A DNA stretch of 64,000 bases from Calditrichia bacterium (GTDB lineage: Bacteria > Calditrichota > Calditrichia > JAJRVZ01): contig CAVZSQ010000015.1 in assembly GCA_963777955.1 (NCBI GenBank), positions 224,001 through 288,000 of the forward strand, in the 5' to 3' direction. Both the position numbers and the translations under genes were made by a program. Within the stretch, counting starts at the first letter, position 1. Each line of letters starts with the position of its first letter. The notes beneath the pieces were generated by a model. The model was not told the origin of the DNA. It saw only the letters and a list, made by a program, of their open reading frames with translations, and ran no database searches. Below, piece by piece: positions 12,718 to 23,407 of this stretch.

Positions 12718-13590
12718 TCAGAAATTTGGTTTATACTTTATTTCGCCCCAACCAAGTTTTTCGCGTAAGATCGTAAAAAATTCGTGCTCAGGGGTTTGTA
12801 CCAGACGTACATAATACTCTGCCTTCTGTAACCTTATTTCAGTTTGCAGCGGAAAAGTGCCAATCATCTGTCCATCGCCAAAAATATTAAATTTACCATG
12901 TTCGCTTTCAATCTGGATGGATATTTCAAATTCATCCGAAATTATGATGGGCCGGTTGCTTAAAGTATGCGGGCAGATCGGATTGATGATGAAACTATTG
13001 GTCGAAGGCGCCACAATGGGTCCGCCGTTGGCCAGCGAATAGGCAGTAGAACCAGTCGGTGTGGAGATAATGATACCGTCAGCCAGATATGAATTCAACA
13101 GGTATCCGGCCACTTCCGTACGGATGGTGATTAACCTGGAAAAGCCCGCTTTATCGATCACAAAATCATTTAAAAAATACCTTGGTGCCTGCTGATTGAT
13201 CGTCAGTTTTAATAAACTTCTCTGCTCCACCTTCAATTTAGATTGAAAGTAATCGTTGATATGCAGCCAGGCCTTTTCAATCGAAGAAGAAGTCAGGAAA
13301 CCCAAGCCGCCTAAATTGATCCCTAAAATTGGTATTTCATAACTGCCGATTATCTGAGCAGTATGTAATAAGGTGCCATCACCGCCAAATGAAGTAATTA
13401 ATTGGACTGATTTTAACATGGTGGTAGTGTTAACACACTCGATTGCCGCAGGGATTTCAGCGCCTAACCGGTGAATTTCCTTATCGACAAAGATCTTATA
13501 ACGCTTAAGATCACCACCTGCGAAGAATGTTTCAAGCGCAGTTTTAATCACCGGCTTGTTGATGTTGGCAATTATACCAATTGAATGCAT
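12718..13590 (-). CDS. nadK: NAD kinase
   Basis: GGDGT, GINLGGLGFL, ND and STPTGSTAYSLANGGP motifs. Confidence 0.95.
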   Translation of the reverse strand: MHSIGIIANINKPVIKTALETFFAGGDLKRYKIFVDKEIHRLGAEIPAAIECVNTTTMLKSVQLITSFGGDGTLLHTAQIIGSYEIPILGINLGGLGFLTSSSIEKAWLHINDYFQSKLKVEQRSLLKLTINQQAPRYFLNDFVIDKAGFSRLITIRTEVAGYLLNSYLADGIIISTPTGSTAYSLANGGPIVAPSTNSFIINPICPHTLSNRPIIISDEFEISIQIESEHGKFNIFGDGQMIGTFPLQTEIRLQKAEYYVRLVQTPEHEFFTILREKLGWGEIKYKPNF

Positions 13591-13631
13591 AACTTGAAAT
13601 AAATAGTTAGTTAAAGTAATTATTTAAATAA

Positions 13632-13856
13632 TTAAGTATCCAGTGGCTCAACTTTAAAATCAGATTCATCTTTTCCGCTGATTTTTTTAATTTTTTCTTC
13701 TACTTCTTTTAGCCTGGACATGCAAAAATTTATAATCTGCGATCCTTCTTCGTAATATTTAAGCATTTCATCAAGTTTTATATCACCGCGTTCCAGTTGA
13801 TTGACGATTTCTTCCAGCCTGGTCAGGGCTTCTTCAAATGATTGTTTTTTTGTCAT
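13632..13856 (-). CDS. xseB: Exodeoxyribonuclease VII small subunit
   Basis: SFEEALTRLEEIVNQLERG..YEEG; directly downstream of xseA. Confidence 0.95.
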   Translation of the reverse strand: MTKKQSFEEALTRLEEIVNQLERGDIKLDEMLKYYEEGSQIINFCMSRLKEVEEKIKKISGKDESDFKVEPLDT

Positions 13857-15039
13857 GGTATTTTTTTAACACTTTACTTTGTATTCCACCATCCCTTAAT
13901 TTCAGTTCAACAGTATCATTTATCGATACTTCCTCTACAGAAGTAATCAGCAGATCATCTTTAAAGACCAGAGAAAAACCCCGGTTCAGTACATTCTGCG
14001 GATTCAAAGCCTGTAAATGAGCATGTACTCCGGTTAATTTATCCCTGGCGTTTGAAAGATAGATATCTAAGCCATTATAAAATCTATGAGTTAGCTCATC
14101 GATACGTTGATTATATTGCGATATCAGGTCGGCAGGTCGCTTGAATCCATAACTTTTCTTTAAATTTTTGACAGAATCTTTCAGAGTTCTCAATTGTTTA
14201 ATAATCAGATTTTGTATGTTTCCTGCGGAATTGAGCAGATGCTGCCGGAGTTCTGCCTCATCGGCGGTCACTAATTCAGCCGCGGCTGAAGGAGTAGGTG
14301 CTCTTAGATCTGCAACAAAATCGGCAATAGTGAAGTCAATTTCATGTCCAACTGCCGAAATAATAGGGATTTTCGATTCAAAAATCGCCCTGGCGACGAT
14401 TTCTTCATTAAAAGGCCATAAATCCTCCAGGGAACCACCACCCCTGCCTATAATTAAAACCTCAGCTTGGCCATGCCTATTCATCGCCCGGATGGCCGCA
14501 GCTATTTCAGCGGCTGCCCCGTCGCCCTGAACCTTTACCCCATAAAGCAGCACACCGCGTGAAGGCGAGCGGCGTTTTAATACTGAAATTATATCCTTAA
14601 TCGCTGCACCGGTTGGCGAAGTGATAATGCCAATTGTATCCGGATAGGCCGGGATCTCCTTCTTGTATTTCTTATCAAAAAGACCTTCCTGTAATAATTT
14701 CTGCTTTAACTGCTCAAACTGAATCTGCAGATCGCCGATTCCGGATAAAATCAGGGACAGGATGTCGAACTGATAACGCCCGGCTTTCTCATAAACCTTC
14801 ACATTGCCTAAAGCACGTACCTTGGCGCCATCTTTTATCTCAAAGCCGATACTTTCAGCCCTGTTTCGCCACATCACACAGGCAATCTGTGCATCCTGAT
14901 CTTTGAGAGTAAAATAAAGGTGCCCGGAATAATGAGGTTTATAATTTGAAACTTCACCCTCGACCCATAAGGCAGGAAAACTATCTTCCAGCAGCACTTT
15001 TATATTGCGAGTCAGAGCAGAAACGGTATAAACTTGCAT
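13834..15039 (-). CDS. xseA: Exodeoxyribonuclease VII large subunit
   Basis: WVEGEVSN, GHLYFTLKD, RGGGSLEDLWPFN, SAVGHEIDFT and APTPSAAAE. Start placed at MQVYTVS (ATG 15039). Confidence 0.96.
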   Translation of the reverse strand: MQVYTVSALTRNIKVLLEDSFPALWVEGEVSNYKPHYSGHLYFTLKDQDAQIACVMWRNRAESIGFEIKDGAKVRALGNVKVYEKAGRYQFDILSLILSGIGDLQIQFEQLKQKLLQEGLFDKKYKKEIPAYPDTIGIITSPTGAAIKDIISVLKRRSPSRGVLLYGVKVQGDGAAAEIAAAIRAMNRHGQAEVLIIGRGGGSLEDLWPFNEEIVARAIFESKIPIISAVGHEIDFTIADFVADLRAPTPSAAAELVTADEAELRQHLLNSAGNIQNLIIKQLRTLKDSVKNLKKSYGFKRPADLISQYNQRIDELTHRFYNGLDIYLSNARDKLTGVHAHLQALNPQNVLNRGFSLVFKDDLLITSVEEVSINDTVELKLRDGGIQSKVLKKYHDKKTII

Positions 15040-15070
15040 TAAACCACCACGGACCGATCTTCTTACAGCA

Positions 15071-15102
15071 GTGATGACGGGACCAAAACTTCCCGCCATC
15101 AC
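15071..15102 (-). terminator. 12-bp hairpin just downstream of the bS22-like gene
   Basis: Minus strand GTGATGGCGGGA-8nt-TCCCGTCATCAC with one G.U pair. No U-tract on the minus strand, so it may stabilise the mRNA rather than terminate it. Confidence 0.4.
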
Positions 15103-15108
15103 GACTTT

Positions 15109-15204
15109 TTATCTTATTTTCTTTTTATGCCGATCTTTCCTCAAGCGTTTTTTTCGCTTATGCGTCGCCATCTTATGTCGTTTCCGTTTTTTACCACTTG
15201 GCAT
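15109..15204 (-). CDS. 31-aa basic peptide of the AURKAIP1/COX24 (bS22/mS38) family, putative 30S ribosomal protein
   Basis: Hand translation MPSGKKRKRHKMATHKRKKRLRKDRHKKKIR*; AGGAGGT RBS at 15214-15220; shorter than the ORF-track cutoff. Confidence 0.88.
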   Translation of the reverse strand: MPSGKKRKRHKMATHKRKKRLRKDRHKKKIR

Positions 15205-15230
15205 GGACTGGTTACCTCCTTTCCAGGAAT

Positions 15231-17083
15231 TTAAAAACTGCCTTCATCGTTGCGGACTTTTAAGCGGTCGCCCGGTTTTATCATATTTGATCTTTTATTA
15301 TTCCAGAGTTTTAATTTTTCAATGGTAATATCATAATGCTGGGCAATATCCCACAAAGTCTCCCCTTCGGTGACGATATGATAATTTTCACCGGTACTTA
15401 GTTCCGGTGGTTTTTCTTCCTTCTGGTCGGCAAACAGGGATGTTTCAGGTACCCAGATATCCAGTTTTTGATTCGGATAAATATATTGTCCATAATACAT
15501 CCCGTTCCATTCGCGGATCTTGCCTGCACGGGTATTAAACCGCTCGGCGATTTCACCCAGGGTATCACCTGCTTTGACAATATATTTGACCTTTTTGTAG
15601 CCTTTTAAATCGACTGCCGCCCGGGCTTTTTTCTTTCCGGAACTGCTGGGAACTGAACTGGCCAGCGTATAATAATTCTTGTTCTTGGGTACTGGCAGTA
15701 CGATATCCTGGTTAACCCTGATTCGTGTACCGTTCAATTTATTATATGTCTTCAATATCTCTAAGGTGGTACCGTATTTTTTCGCAATATCAGAAAGGGT
15801 CTCCCCTTTTTTCACGATGTGTCTGACCCAGGATCGCTTGCTTTCAGCAGGTATTTTGTTGTATTTTTCCCAGAACTGTGCTTTTTTACCCGGGGGTATG
15901 TTTAAAACACAGAACTCGACATCGGGAGGTGTGCACCAGCGTAGAATAGCCGGATTCAACTCTTTGATCACCTCAAAGGTAGTATCAGCGCATTGGGCTA
16001 TCATTTCCAAATCGATGCACTCTGAAATCAGCACTGTATCCGTGATAACCGGTTCCATTTTTTCCACATAAAATCCGTATTTTTTGGGATTAGACGCCAT
16101 AATACTGGCTGCGATATATGTCGGTACATAGTTCCGGGTTTGTCTGGGCAGTCTTTTTAATTGCCAGAAATCATCGGTATTATATTGCCGCATGCGGTTT
16201 TCGATCTTGCGGGGATTACAGTTATAGCCGGCCAGCGCCAGATACCAGTCGCCGAATCGCGCATATAGATCTGACAGGTGCCTGGCTGCCGCCTGAGTCG
16301 ATAAATACGGGTCTTTGCGTTCATCGAGCCACCAGCTGGTACGTAAACCATAGGCGCTACCGGTTCCTTTGATAAATTGCCAGATACCGGCAGCCCGGGC
16401 ATAGGAATAAGCTTTGGGATTCAAACCGCTTTCGATCATCGCCAGATAAAATAGTTCCTCGGGCAGGCCATGTTCTTTCAGTATCTTGCGTATTAATTGT
16501 TCATATCTGCCCGTGCGTTCCAGCCAGGCGGTAAAGACCTTGCGGCCCCGGGTCTGAAAATATTTGATAGCCAGTTCGACCTTGGGATTTATTTCCAGTG
16601 GAATGGCCGTTTGCAATGAATCTGACCCGAATGATGCAACGCCCATGCTGGTTGAATCACCGAATGTTTCCTCTTCAATATCTGACAACTCTTCCAGTAC
16701 TTCTTCAGCCTGCTGGTCGAAGGCTTCCTGCGGAAAGACGGTATCATAATCAGCCGTAATCTTTTTGAACAGACTATCAAAGGTTGACCATTCGCTCAAA
16801 GTCAATTTGGTCTCCTCATCGAAATTGGAAACTACCCCGAAGGCATTGTCGAAGTAAATACGGGCACCCAGTGTATCTTTGAATTGCAGAGAATTCAGCG
16901 CATGCTGATAATAAAGGTATAAAGAGTCAATCGCTGTTCTGATCTCTTTGGATAGAGTATATTTTGGCCGGTACATTCTTATCAGTAAAACCCGCACTTT
17001 TGCTCTGCGGAACAGTGTTTATTCGCGGTGCTGCAACTCAATAACATGATCATGAGAACAATCAAACACACTCTATAAACCAT
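15231..17083 (-). CDS. mltD: MltD-like membrane-bound lytic transglycosylase (SLT + three LysM); signal peptide out of frame
   Basis: LAMIESG, AAGIWQF, ALAGYNC, TRNYVP and three LysM repeats in ORF 15231..16997. A lipoprotein signal MVYRVCLIVLMIMLLSC begins at ATG 17083 in another frame, implying frameshift(s) at about 16960-17020. Confidence 0.88.
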
Positions 17084-17135
17084 AAACCATTCCTTCTGTT
17101 TTAGTCAATATTCTGCCCTGCTGGATCAAGACGAT

Positions 17136-17609
17136 CTACTTGCTGTTGCGTATTTTTTCGATTAATCTCGAGGTAGATCTGTCTGCAATGACTGGAACAG
17201 TAATGACTTTACCGCCCCGGCGTTCTACTACATCCCTGCCTACGATCTCCTCAATTCTATAATCGCCACCTTTGATCAAAACATCAGGCAGAATTTCAGA
17301 GATTAATTGCAGGGGCGTATCTTCGCCGAAAATGCAGACGGCATCTACCATTTGGAGTTGCGAAAGAATATAGGCCCGGTCCTGCTCACTGGTGAAAGGA
17401 CGGCTGGCGCCCTTTAGACGCCGGACTGACAGGTCTGAATTTAAACCGATGACCAGGATATCACCATATGTTTTGGCAGCGGCCAGATACTCCAGATGGC
17501 CCCGGTGCAACAGATCGAAACAACCATTGGTAAAGACGATCTTTTTCGCACTGGAACGCCAGACTGCGCTTTGTGTTTTTAGTTCTGTTAAACTATAGAT
17601 TTTGCCCAA
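17136..17609 (-). CDS. rfaE2: D-glycero-beta-D-manno-heptose 1-phosphate adenylyltransferase (HldE domain II)
   Basis: VFTNGCFDLLHRGH, GLNSDLSVRRLKG and KGGDY. Confidence 0.93.
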   Translation of the reverse strand: MGKIYSLTELKTQSAVWRSSAKKIVFTNGCFDLLHRGHLEYLAAAKTYGDILVIGLNSDLSVRRLKGASRPFTSEQDRAYILSQLQMVDAVCIFGEDTPLQLISEILPDVLIKGGDYRIEEIVGRDVVERRGGKVITVPVIADRSTSRLIEKIRNSK

Positions 17610-18600
17610 GACAGGCCTTGATTAGTTTCTGTTTTTCAATTGGCACAATGCCCACTTCTTCACAAACGATTCCAGCCGCATAATTTGCAATAGTCGCCGC
17701 TTCGGCATAGGAAGCTCCACCGTTCAGGGCAGCGGTCAGGGTGCTGATTACAGTGTCACCGGCACCTGAAACGTCGGCCACTTTTCTGACCCTGGTGGGT
17801 ATGTGAATCATTTCACCTCTTCCCTCCATTAATGACATGCCGCTGGCACCCCGGGTGAGCAACAGGCAATCTGGTGTTAATTTTTGCATTAATTTCTGGC
17901 AGGCGTTCCGCAAATCGTATTCAGACCTGATTTTAACTGCCAGCGCTTCCTCGGCCTCTTTAATATTCGGTTTGAATACTGTCACATTTTTGTAGTGCAA
18001 AAAATTATGAAACTTGGGATCTACAGTTATCAATAATTGCTGTTTGCGGGCCAGGTTAATACTGCGCTCGATTAATTGCGGCGTAAGAACACCTTTATTA
18101 TAATCCTGAAAAATAACTGCACTGCATCGAGGCATATGTTTTTTTAATTGCCGGTAGACCCGTTCTTCATCATATTCATCAATATTTTCATTCACTTCGC
18201 GATCGACCCGGGCAATGTGCTGAGTATGGCCGATGATCCTGGTTTTCACTGTGGTTGGACGGTTTTTATGCTGAATCACCGCAGAAACTTCAAGATTTTT
18301 TTGATGCATTAGTTTTTTAAAAGCCGCACCCATGGCATCAGTGCCAATTACACCGACAAGTACCGGGATACAGCCCAGATTTGATACATTCAAAGCCACG
18401 TTGGCGGCACCACCGAGATTTAAATGCTGTTCTTCGATTTCGATTATCGGTACGGGCGCCTCAGGAGAAATACGAGTCACCGATCCGACCAGATATTCGT
18501 CCAGCATAATATCACCAATGACCAGGATCCTTTTGCCCTGGAGTGTTTTGAATATCTTTTCCAGCCGTTTTCGAGAAATAGTGAGCAACCATAACCTCAA
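17593..18600 (-). CDS. rfaE1: D-glycero-beta-D-manno-heptose-7-phosphate kinase (HldE domain I)
   Basis: GDIMLDEY, RISPEAPVP, GGAANVA, DYNKG and DVSGAGDTV (PfkB family). Confidence 0.93.
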   Translation of the reverse strand: MRLWLLTISRKRLEKIFKTLQGKRILVIGDIMLDEYLVGSVTRISPEAPVPIIEIEEQHLNLGGAANVALNVSNLGCIPVLVGVIGTDAMGAAFKKLMHQKNLEVSAVIQHKNRPTTVKTRIIGHTQHIARVDREVNENIDEYDEERVYRQLKKHMPRCSAVIFQDYNKGVLTPQLIERSINLARKQQLLITVDPKFHNFLHYKNVTVFKPNIKEAEEALAVKIRSEYDLRNACQKLMQKLTPDCLLLTRGASGMSLMEGRGEMIHIPTRVRKVADVSGAGDTVISTLTAALNGGASYAEAATIANYAAGIVCEEVGIVPIEKQKLIKACLGQNL

Positions 18601-18615
18601 TGTAAAATATGTACT

Positions 18616-18644
18616 AATTTAAAGATTGAATAGATCTTTCTCAA
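18616..18644 (-). promoter_or_regulatory. Putative promoter for rfaE1/rfaE2/mltD (TTGAGA-17-TAAATT)
   Basis: -35 at 18639-18644, -10 at 18616-18621, 17-nt spacer. Confidence 0.5.
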
Positions 18645-18743
18645 CCATATTTTTTCCGTTAACTCTATATTTTTCCTTGTGTTCGAATAAAGTATGGAAT
18701 CCGTGATGGCAACCGAGAATCAGTCGGTTGGTGGTATTACCAG

Positions 18744-19034
18744 TCAGTCCAGTTTACTGAACTTCTTCTTAAATGCTGTGCCAAACAATTCTATAAAGGC
18801 GAATAAAAGCAGATTGAATACGCCCAGCAAGAAAATAATTTTAACCAGGATAGCCAGATAGGGGAGGTCAAAATTAGGCAGGATTACAACCGCTAAAGCA
18901 CTGATCCCGATAATCCAACTCATTATCTTTAATAATAAACTGAATCTTCGTTCGACCTGCTCTGATATTTTTACTTCCTGTTTTGCCGCTACGGCGCCGG
19001 TGCTTAATTTCTTATTTTTCTGCTTGTTAGACAT
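18744..19034 (-). CDS. Small hypothetical membrane protein with two TM helices
   Basis: Basic N-terminus, two hydrophobic segments, AGAGGG RBS. Confidence 0.65.
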   Translation of the reverse strand: MSNKQKNKKLSTGAVAAKQEVKISEQVERRFSLLLKIMSWIIGISALAVVILPNFDLPYLAILVKIIFLLGVFNLLLFAFIELFGTAFKKKFSKLD

Positions 19035-19054
19035 ATTTCCCTCTGCTCTATATC

Positions 19055-20719
19055 TTATAATCCATCTTTGCGCGGATCACTCCAGCCGCTCCATTCCTGG
19101 TAATGCCTGTCCCACATGATTGCCTGGACATCTCCCAGCACACTCACCACTTTAATGCTGTGCCCCTGCTGTGTTAATTTCTGCAGTACATCGCTGGAAA
19201 AACCATTTACTTCGACAGCAATCGAATCAGGCAGCCATTGGTGATGAAAACGGGGTGCGCAAACCGCCTGGCGAATATTCATTTGATGGTCAATTACATT
19301 GGAAATCACCTGGGCGACTGTAGTGATTATGGTGGCTCCTCCGGGCGACCCAAGGATGAGAATTGTAGAATCGGATCGGGTGACAATAGTCGGCGACATT
19401 GAACTCAGCATTCGCTTGCCGGGAGCGATAGCATTAGCTTCACCGCCTGTCAAACCAAATGCATTGGGGACTCCGCTTTTAAGCGCGAAATCATCCATTT
19501 CGTCATTTAACAGGATTCCTGTACCTGCGATTACCACACCTGAACCGTAAGAATCATTGAGAGTATATGTATTGGATACCGTCATTCCCCCGGCGTCTAC
19601 TACTGAAAAATGGGTGGTTTGATCGGATTCTACTATTGTCGGGAAAGTGGCAGTGCTTGGCCGGGCATAATTAGGATTTATTGAATTAAATATTTTTTTC
19701 CCGGTGGATTTTGAGATGAGTGACTCGATCGGCATATTAATAAAATCAGGATCTCCCAGAAACTTGGCCCGGTCGGCATAAACCTGGCGTTCGATCTCAA
19801 CCCAGTAATGAATCAGTTCTGAACTGTTATGCCCTGATTTCCGCACATCGATGTTTTCCAGGGCATTGAAGATTTCGGCCAGCAGTACCCCTCCGGAACT
19901 GGGGGGTGCGGCTGAATAAATGGTATATCCCCGGTAATCGATGGAAATTGGTTTACGCCAGACGGCTTTATATTGTTTAAGGTCCCGGGCAGTAATAAGA
20001 CCGCCATTTTTTGCCATGGCAGTAATTATTTTTTCTGCCGTCAGGCCTGTATAAAATCCCGCGGCGCCCGCCGTCTGGATTATCCGCAAAGTTGAGGCCA
20101 GGTCTTTTTGAAACAGGGTATCATTCTCAGCCAGTGGTTTTCCTGCTTTGCTAAAAATTTCGCGACTTCCGGGAAACTGTTGCAGCAGGTCAAATTTTCT
20201 TTTCAGAGACAATGCCATACGACGGTCAATAATTATACCATTTCGAGCGAGATCGATAGCAGGCTGCAAAAGATCTGACCAGGGTAATCTGCCAAAACGC
20301 CGGTGGGCTTCATAAAACCCGGCAACCGTCCCGGGAACACCGCAGGCCAGGTATCCGCTCAGTGACGAATTCGGAATGACCTGGCCCAGGCTATCCAGAT
20401 ACATTGCGGGAGAGGCCGTCAGGGGTGCTCTTTCACGGTAATCAAGCATGGAGGCCTCTCCGTGCGGGAGCCGGATCAGCATAAATCCACCGCCGCCTAT
20501 ATTCCCGGCCTGGGGATACACTACTGCCAGGGCAAATCCTGTCGCTATAGCAGCATCAACCGCGTTGCCCCCATTTTTTAATATGGCGTTGCCAATTTCA
20601 GCAGCGCTGCTGCGGGTGGCCATGACCATGCCGCTTTTAGTATAAAGCGGAACAAGGGACTGTGACTGGATTTCGGTAATATATAAAAGCAGAATTGAGA
20701 TATATAAAATATATTTCAA
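19055..20719 (-). CDS. ggt: Gamma-glutamyltransferase
   Basis: GGNAVDAA, GNIGGGGF, DYRE, the autocleavage motif QTTHFSVVD, LNDEMDDF, MLSSMSP and GSPGG. Confidence 0.95.
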   Translation of the reverse strand: MKYILYISILLLYITEIQSQSLVPLYTKSGMVMATRSSAAEIGNAILKNGGNAVDAAIATGFALAVVYPQAGNIGGGGFMLIRLPHGEASMLDYRERAPLTASPAMYLDSLGQVIPNSSLSGYLACGVPGTVAGFYEAHRRFGRLPWSDLLQPAIDLARNGIIIDRRMALSLKRKFDLLQQFPGSREIFSKAGKPLAENDTLFQKDLASTLRIIQTAGAAGFYTGLTAEKIITAMAKNGGLITARDLKQYKAVWRKPISIDYRGYTIYSAAPPSSGGVLLAEIFNALENIDVRKSGHNSSELIHYWVEIERQVYADRAKFLGDPDFINMPIESLISKSTGKKIFNSINPNYARPSTATFPTIVESDQTTHFSVVDAGGMTVSNTYTLNDSYGSGVVIAGTGILLNDEMDDFALKSGVPNAFGLTGGEANAIAPGKRMLSSMSPTIVTRSDSTILILGSPGGATIITTVAQVISNVIDHQMNIRQAVCAPRFHHQWLPDSIAVEVNGFSSDVLQKLTQQGHSIKVVSVLGDVQAIMWDRHYQEWSGWSDPRKDGL

Positions 20720-20814
20720 GACCTGTACCTTTTTATCTCAGTTTGAAAACAGATTTCATATCTTTTTCAAAAGTATCCTGCGGATATTCAATTATTCCGC
20801 ACACTGTGCCGTCC

Positions 20815-21672
20815 TTAATTACTATCATGGGTACTGTCCGCGATACTATCCGCTGCTACTGGCGCTTTAAGTTGTTTTAATCTTCTGGCGGCAATTCCGC
20901 TTGAATCGATCAGTAAATAAGATACAATCAGGCTATCGGTACTGACCCGTTGGGCTGGTTTATCATTTAAGGTGAATTGAAGTCCATCAGCCCGGCCGAT
21001 AATAAATTCAAAGGTTTTAGCGGCATTTGTGGTCATCTGCTTGCCGCGTTTCAGCATATATTCCGCGGTATCATGCTTGTCCCGCACAATCCTGAACCAT
21101 GTACTGCGGAGTCCATATATCAATAAATTCAATTTTTTTTCGTCGAGTTGCACTGTAGCGGCGGTATCGACCGGAGCCGGCGGCTGCAGACTGGCGGCAA
21201 TGGACTGAACATCTATTTCTTTGACCGGTGCAGTCGCTTCGGTTTGCACGTTTTCAGTACTGCTCAACAGGAATACCAGTATAATCAGTATTATTACAAA
21301 AGGAATAAAAACAAAAATATTTTTCGATTTGATTATTGATTTGTATTCCAGAATGGTTGCCCATTTCCCGGTTTTTCCGGCCGCTGGCGGACTGGTAATT
21401 GCCAGATCGCGCGGCTGATTTCTGATCTGGCTGCGCAAGCGGTAAAACTGCTCCATGTATTCTTCTTCGTCAAGTGCAAGCGCCCTCAGGTAAGAGCGGA
21501 AAAAAAGATGATCATAGGCAGCGGGTAATTCCTGTAATTTTCCCTGTTCAATCGCCTCCAGGTATTTAATCTGAATGCGGTATTTCCGGGCGATATCAGC
21601 CAGCGGTACGCCCTTTTCTTCCCGCTGTTGTTTTAACTTTAAAAATAATTCGTTTCCGGAAATAGTACCCAT
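20815..21672 (-). CDS. RodZ-like protein (HTH, TM, DUF4115-like domain)
   Basis: LKQQREEKG..IQIKYLEAIEQG..LP..FFRSYLRAL HTH, one TM helix and an extracytoplasmic C-terminal domain. Confidence 0.8.
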   Translation of the reverse strand: MGTISGNELFLKLKQQREEKGVPLADIARKYRIQIKYLEAIEQGKLQELPAAYDHLFFRSYLRALALDEEEYMEQFYRLRSQIRNQPRDLAITSPPAAGKTGKWATILEYKSIIKSKNIFVFIPFVIILIILVFLLSSTENVQTEATAPVKEIDVQSIAASLQPPAPVDTAATVQLDEKKLNLLIYGLRSTWFRIVRDKHDTAEYMLKRGKQMTTNAAKTFEFIIGRADGLQFTLNDKPAQRVSTDSLIVSYLLIDSSGIAARRLKQLKAPVAADSIADSTHDSN

Positions 21673-21675
21673 AGT

Positions 21676-23379
21676 TCACACTAAGTTCAGGTCCCTGATT
21701 CTCATCTGGATAGTCGTCTGACCATTCCAGGTATTTTCCTCAATGACATAAGCCGCATCCATCTTCTGGCCATACGGTTTAATCTCGTTTTTGAGTTTCC
21801 CGAAATTATAAGCAATGGCATCGATGACGATGCCGTCATTTTTCACCTTCAATTTTAAATGGTTATTGCCCAGGACTCCGACATCGCCTAAGATTTCAAT
21901 ATTACGGGTGACAAAAATTGGCCGCATATTTTGTGGACCATAGGGTGCCAGCAGTTTAAGCCATTTTAAAAATTTGGCATCCAGTTGTCGCAGAGATATT
22001 TCCGATTCAATTTCCAGGGTAGGGGTCAGATCGTTTTCATTTATCATCTGGTCAGAAAATATTTGCATCTGGTTGCGCAATAAATCTATATTTTCTTCGC
22101 GGACTGTCAGGCCGGCGGCAAATTTATGACCGCCAAAATTATCCAGCAGGTTGCGCATGGAATTCAGTGCCTGATAAATATCAAAATTAAGTGTGGAGCG
22201 GGCTGACCCTTTACCGATACCGTCTTTTAATGAGATTAAAATAGTCGGCCGGTTGAACCGTTCCATAATTCGTGAAGCGACAATACCTATGACACCCGGA
22301 TGCCAGTCCTTTTTGGCCAGTATCAGAACTTTACTGATATGCAGGTCGATACTCTCTTCAACTAATCGCAGTGCTTCCTGACAGGTGGTTTCATCGATAT
22401 CCCGCCGGGTTTTATTTTCCGATTCAAGTACTTTCGCAATACTGCGCGACTGTTGCAGGCTGGAGGAGGTCAGCAGGTGCACTGCTTTTTTGGCGCTGGA
22501 CATACGCCCTACCGCATTTAATCTGGGCGCCAGTACAAAAACGATGCTGGAGACATTGACTTCCTTGCCCAGCATGGATGAACTTTCCAGCAAGGCGAAA
22601 ATACCGTGACGGGGATTGGAATTAATAATTTCCAGCCCATATCTGACAAAGACCCGGTTTTCATCCAGCAAGGGAACGATATCTGCCGCTGTACCGATGG
22701 CTACCAGATCCAGATAAGGCTCCAGTTCCGAGGAGTGGTATCCCAGATTGGCATATAAACCCTGCAGTAATTTGTAGGCCACCCCGACACCGGCCAGTTC
22801 TTTAAACGGGTAAGTACATTGTTTTTGCTTGGGATTCAGGATAGCATAGGCTTCGGGTTTCGTTTCAGCAGGTTCATGATGATCACAGACGATTACATCG
22901 ATTCCCAGATCCTTGGCTTGTTTTATTTCCAGGTTGGCGGTAACACCGCAATCGGTGGTAATAATTAGATTGATACCCTTGGAAGCAGCAAATTGAACAC
23001 CATATTCTGATAAGCCATAACCTTCGGTGATACGGTTAGGGATATAAAAGGAAACTTTGCCGCCCAGTTTAAATAAAACATCATATAACAGCGAGACCGA
23101 AGTAATACCATCCACATCATAATCACCATAGATAAGTATATTTTCCCCTTCCCGCAGAGCCGTAATCAGGCGATTAACCCCTTTATCCATATCGTACATC
23201 AGAAAAGGATCGTGCATATGATCCAGTTTCGGGGCGAGAAAGTTATTGATACTTTCCGGGGTTAACAGATTACGTTCCAGCAAGAGCCGGGCCAGGATGG
23301 AATTGATTTCGTTCTGGGATTGAATGAGAGATATAGAATTTTCTTCACCAGGTTTCTTTAAGATCCACCTGTAATTCAT
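21676..23379 (-). CDS. recJ: Single-stranded-DNA-specific exonuclease RecJ
   Basis: YGDYDVDG, TDCG, DHH, GTAADIVPL, GKGSARS and GGHKFAAG. Confidence 0.96.
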   Translation of the reverse strand: MNYRWILKKPGEENSISLIQSQNEINSILARLLLERNLLTPESINNFLAPKLDHMHDPFLMYDMDKGVNRLITALREGENILIYGDYDVDGITSVSLLYDVLFKLGGKVSFYIPNRITEGYGLSEYGVQFAASKGINLIITTDCGVTANLEIKQAKDLGIDVIVCDHHEPAETKPEAYAILNPKQKQCTYPFKELAGVGVAYKLLQGLYANLGYHSSELEPYLDLVAIGTAADIVPLLDENRVFVRYGLEIINSNPRHGIFALLESSSMLGKEVNVSSIVFVLAPRLNAVGRMSSAKKAVHLLTSSSLQQSRSIAKVLESENKTRRDIDETTCQEALRLVEESIDLHISKVLILAKKDWHPGVIGIVASRIMERFNRPTILISLKDGIGKGSARSTLNFDIYQALNSMRNLLDNFGGHKFAAGLTVREENIDLLRNQMQIFSDQMINENDLTPTLEIESEISLRQLDAKFLKWLKLLAPYGPQNMRPIFVTRNIEILGDVGVLGNNHLKLKVKNDGIVIDAIAYNFGKLKNEIKPYGQKMDAAYVIEENTWNGQTTIQMRIRDLNLV

Positions 23380-23407
23380 ATGATCTCCAATCTTTTTTTA
23401 AAGATTG

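Noticed and set aside
15071..15328. 85-aa plus-strand ORF, and the xseA extension to 15102
   Set aside because: The ORF is an antisense shadow of the bS22-like gene and the mltD end; the extension runs through the hairpin.
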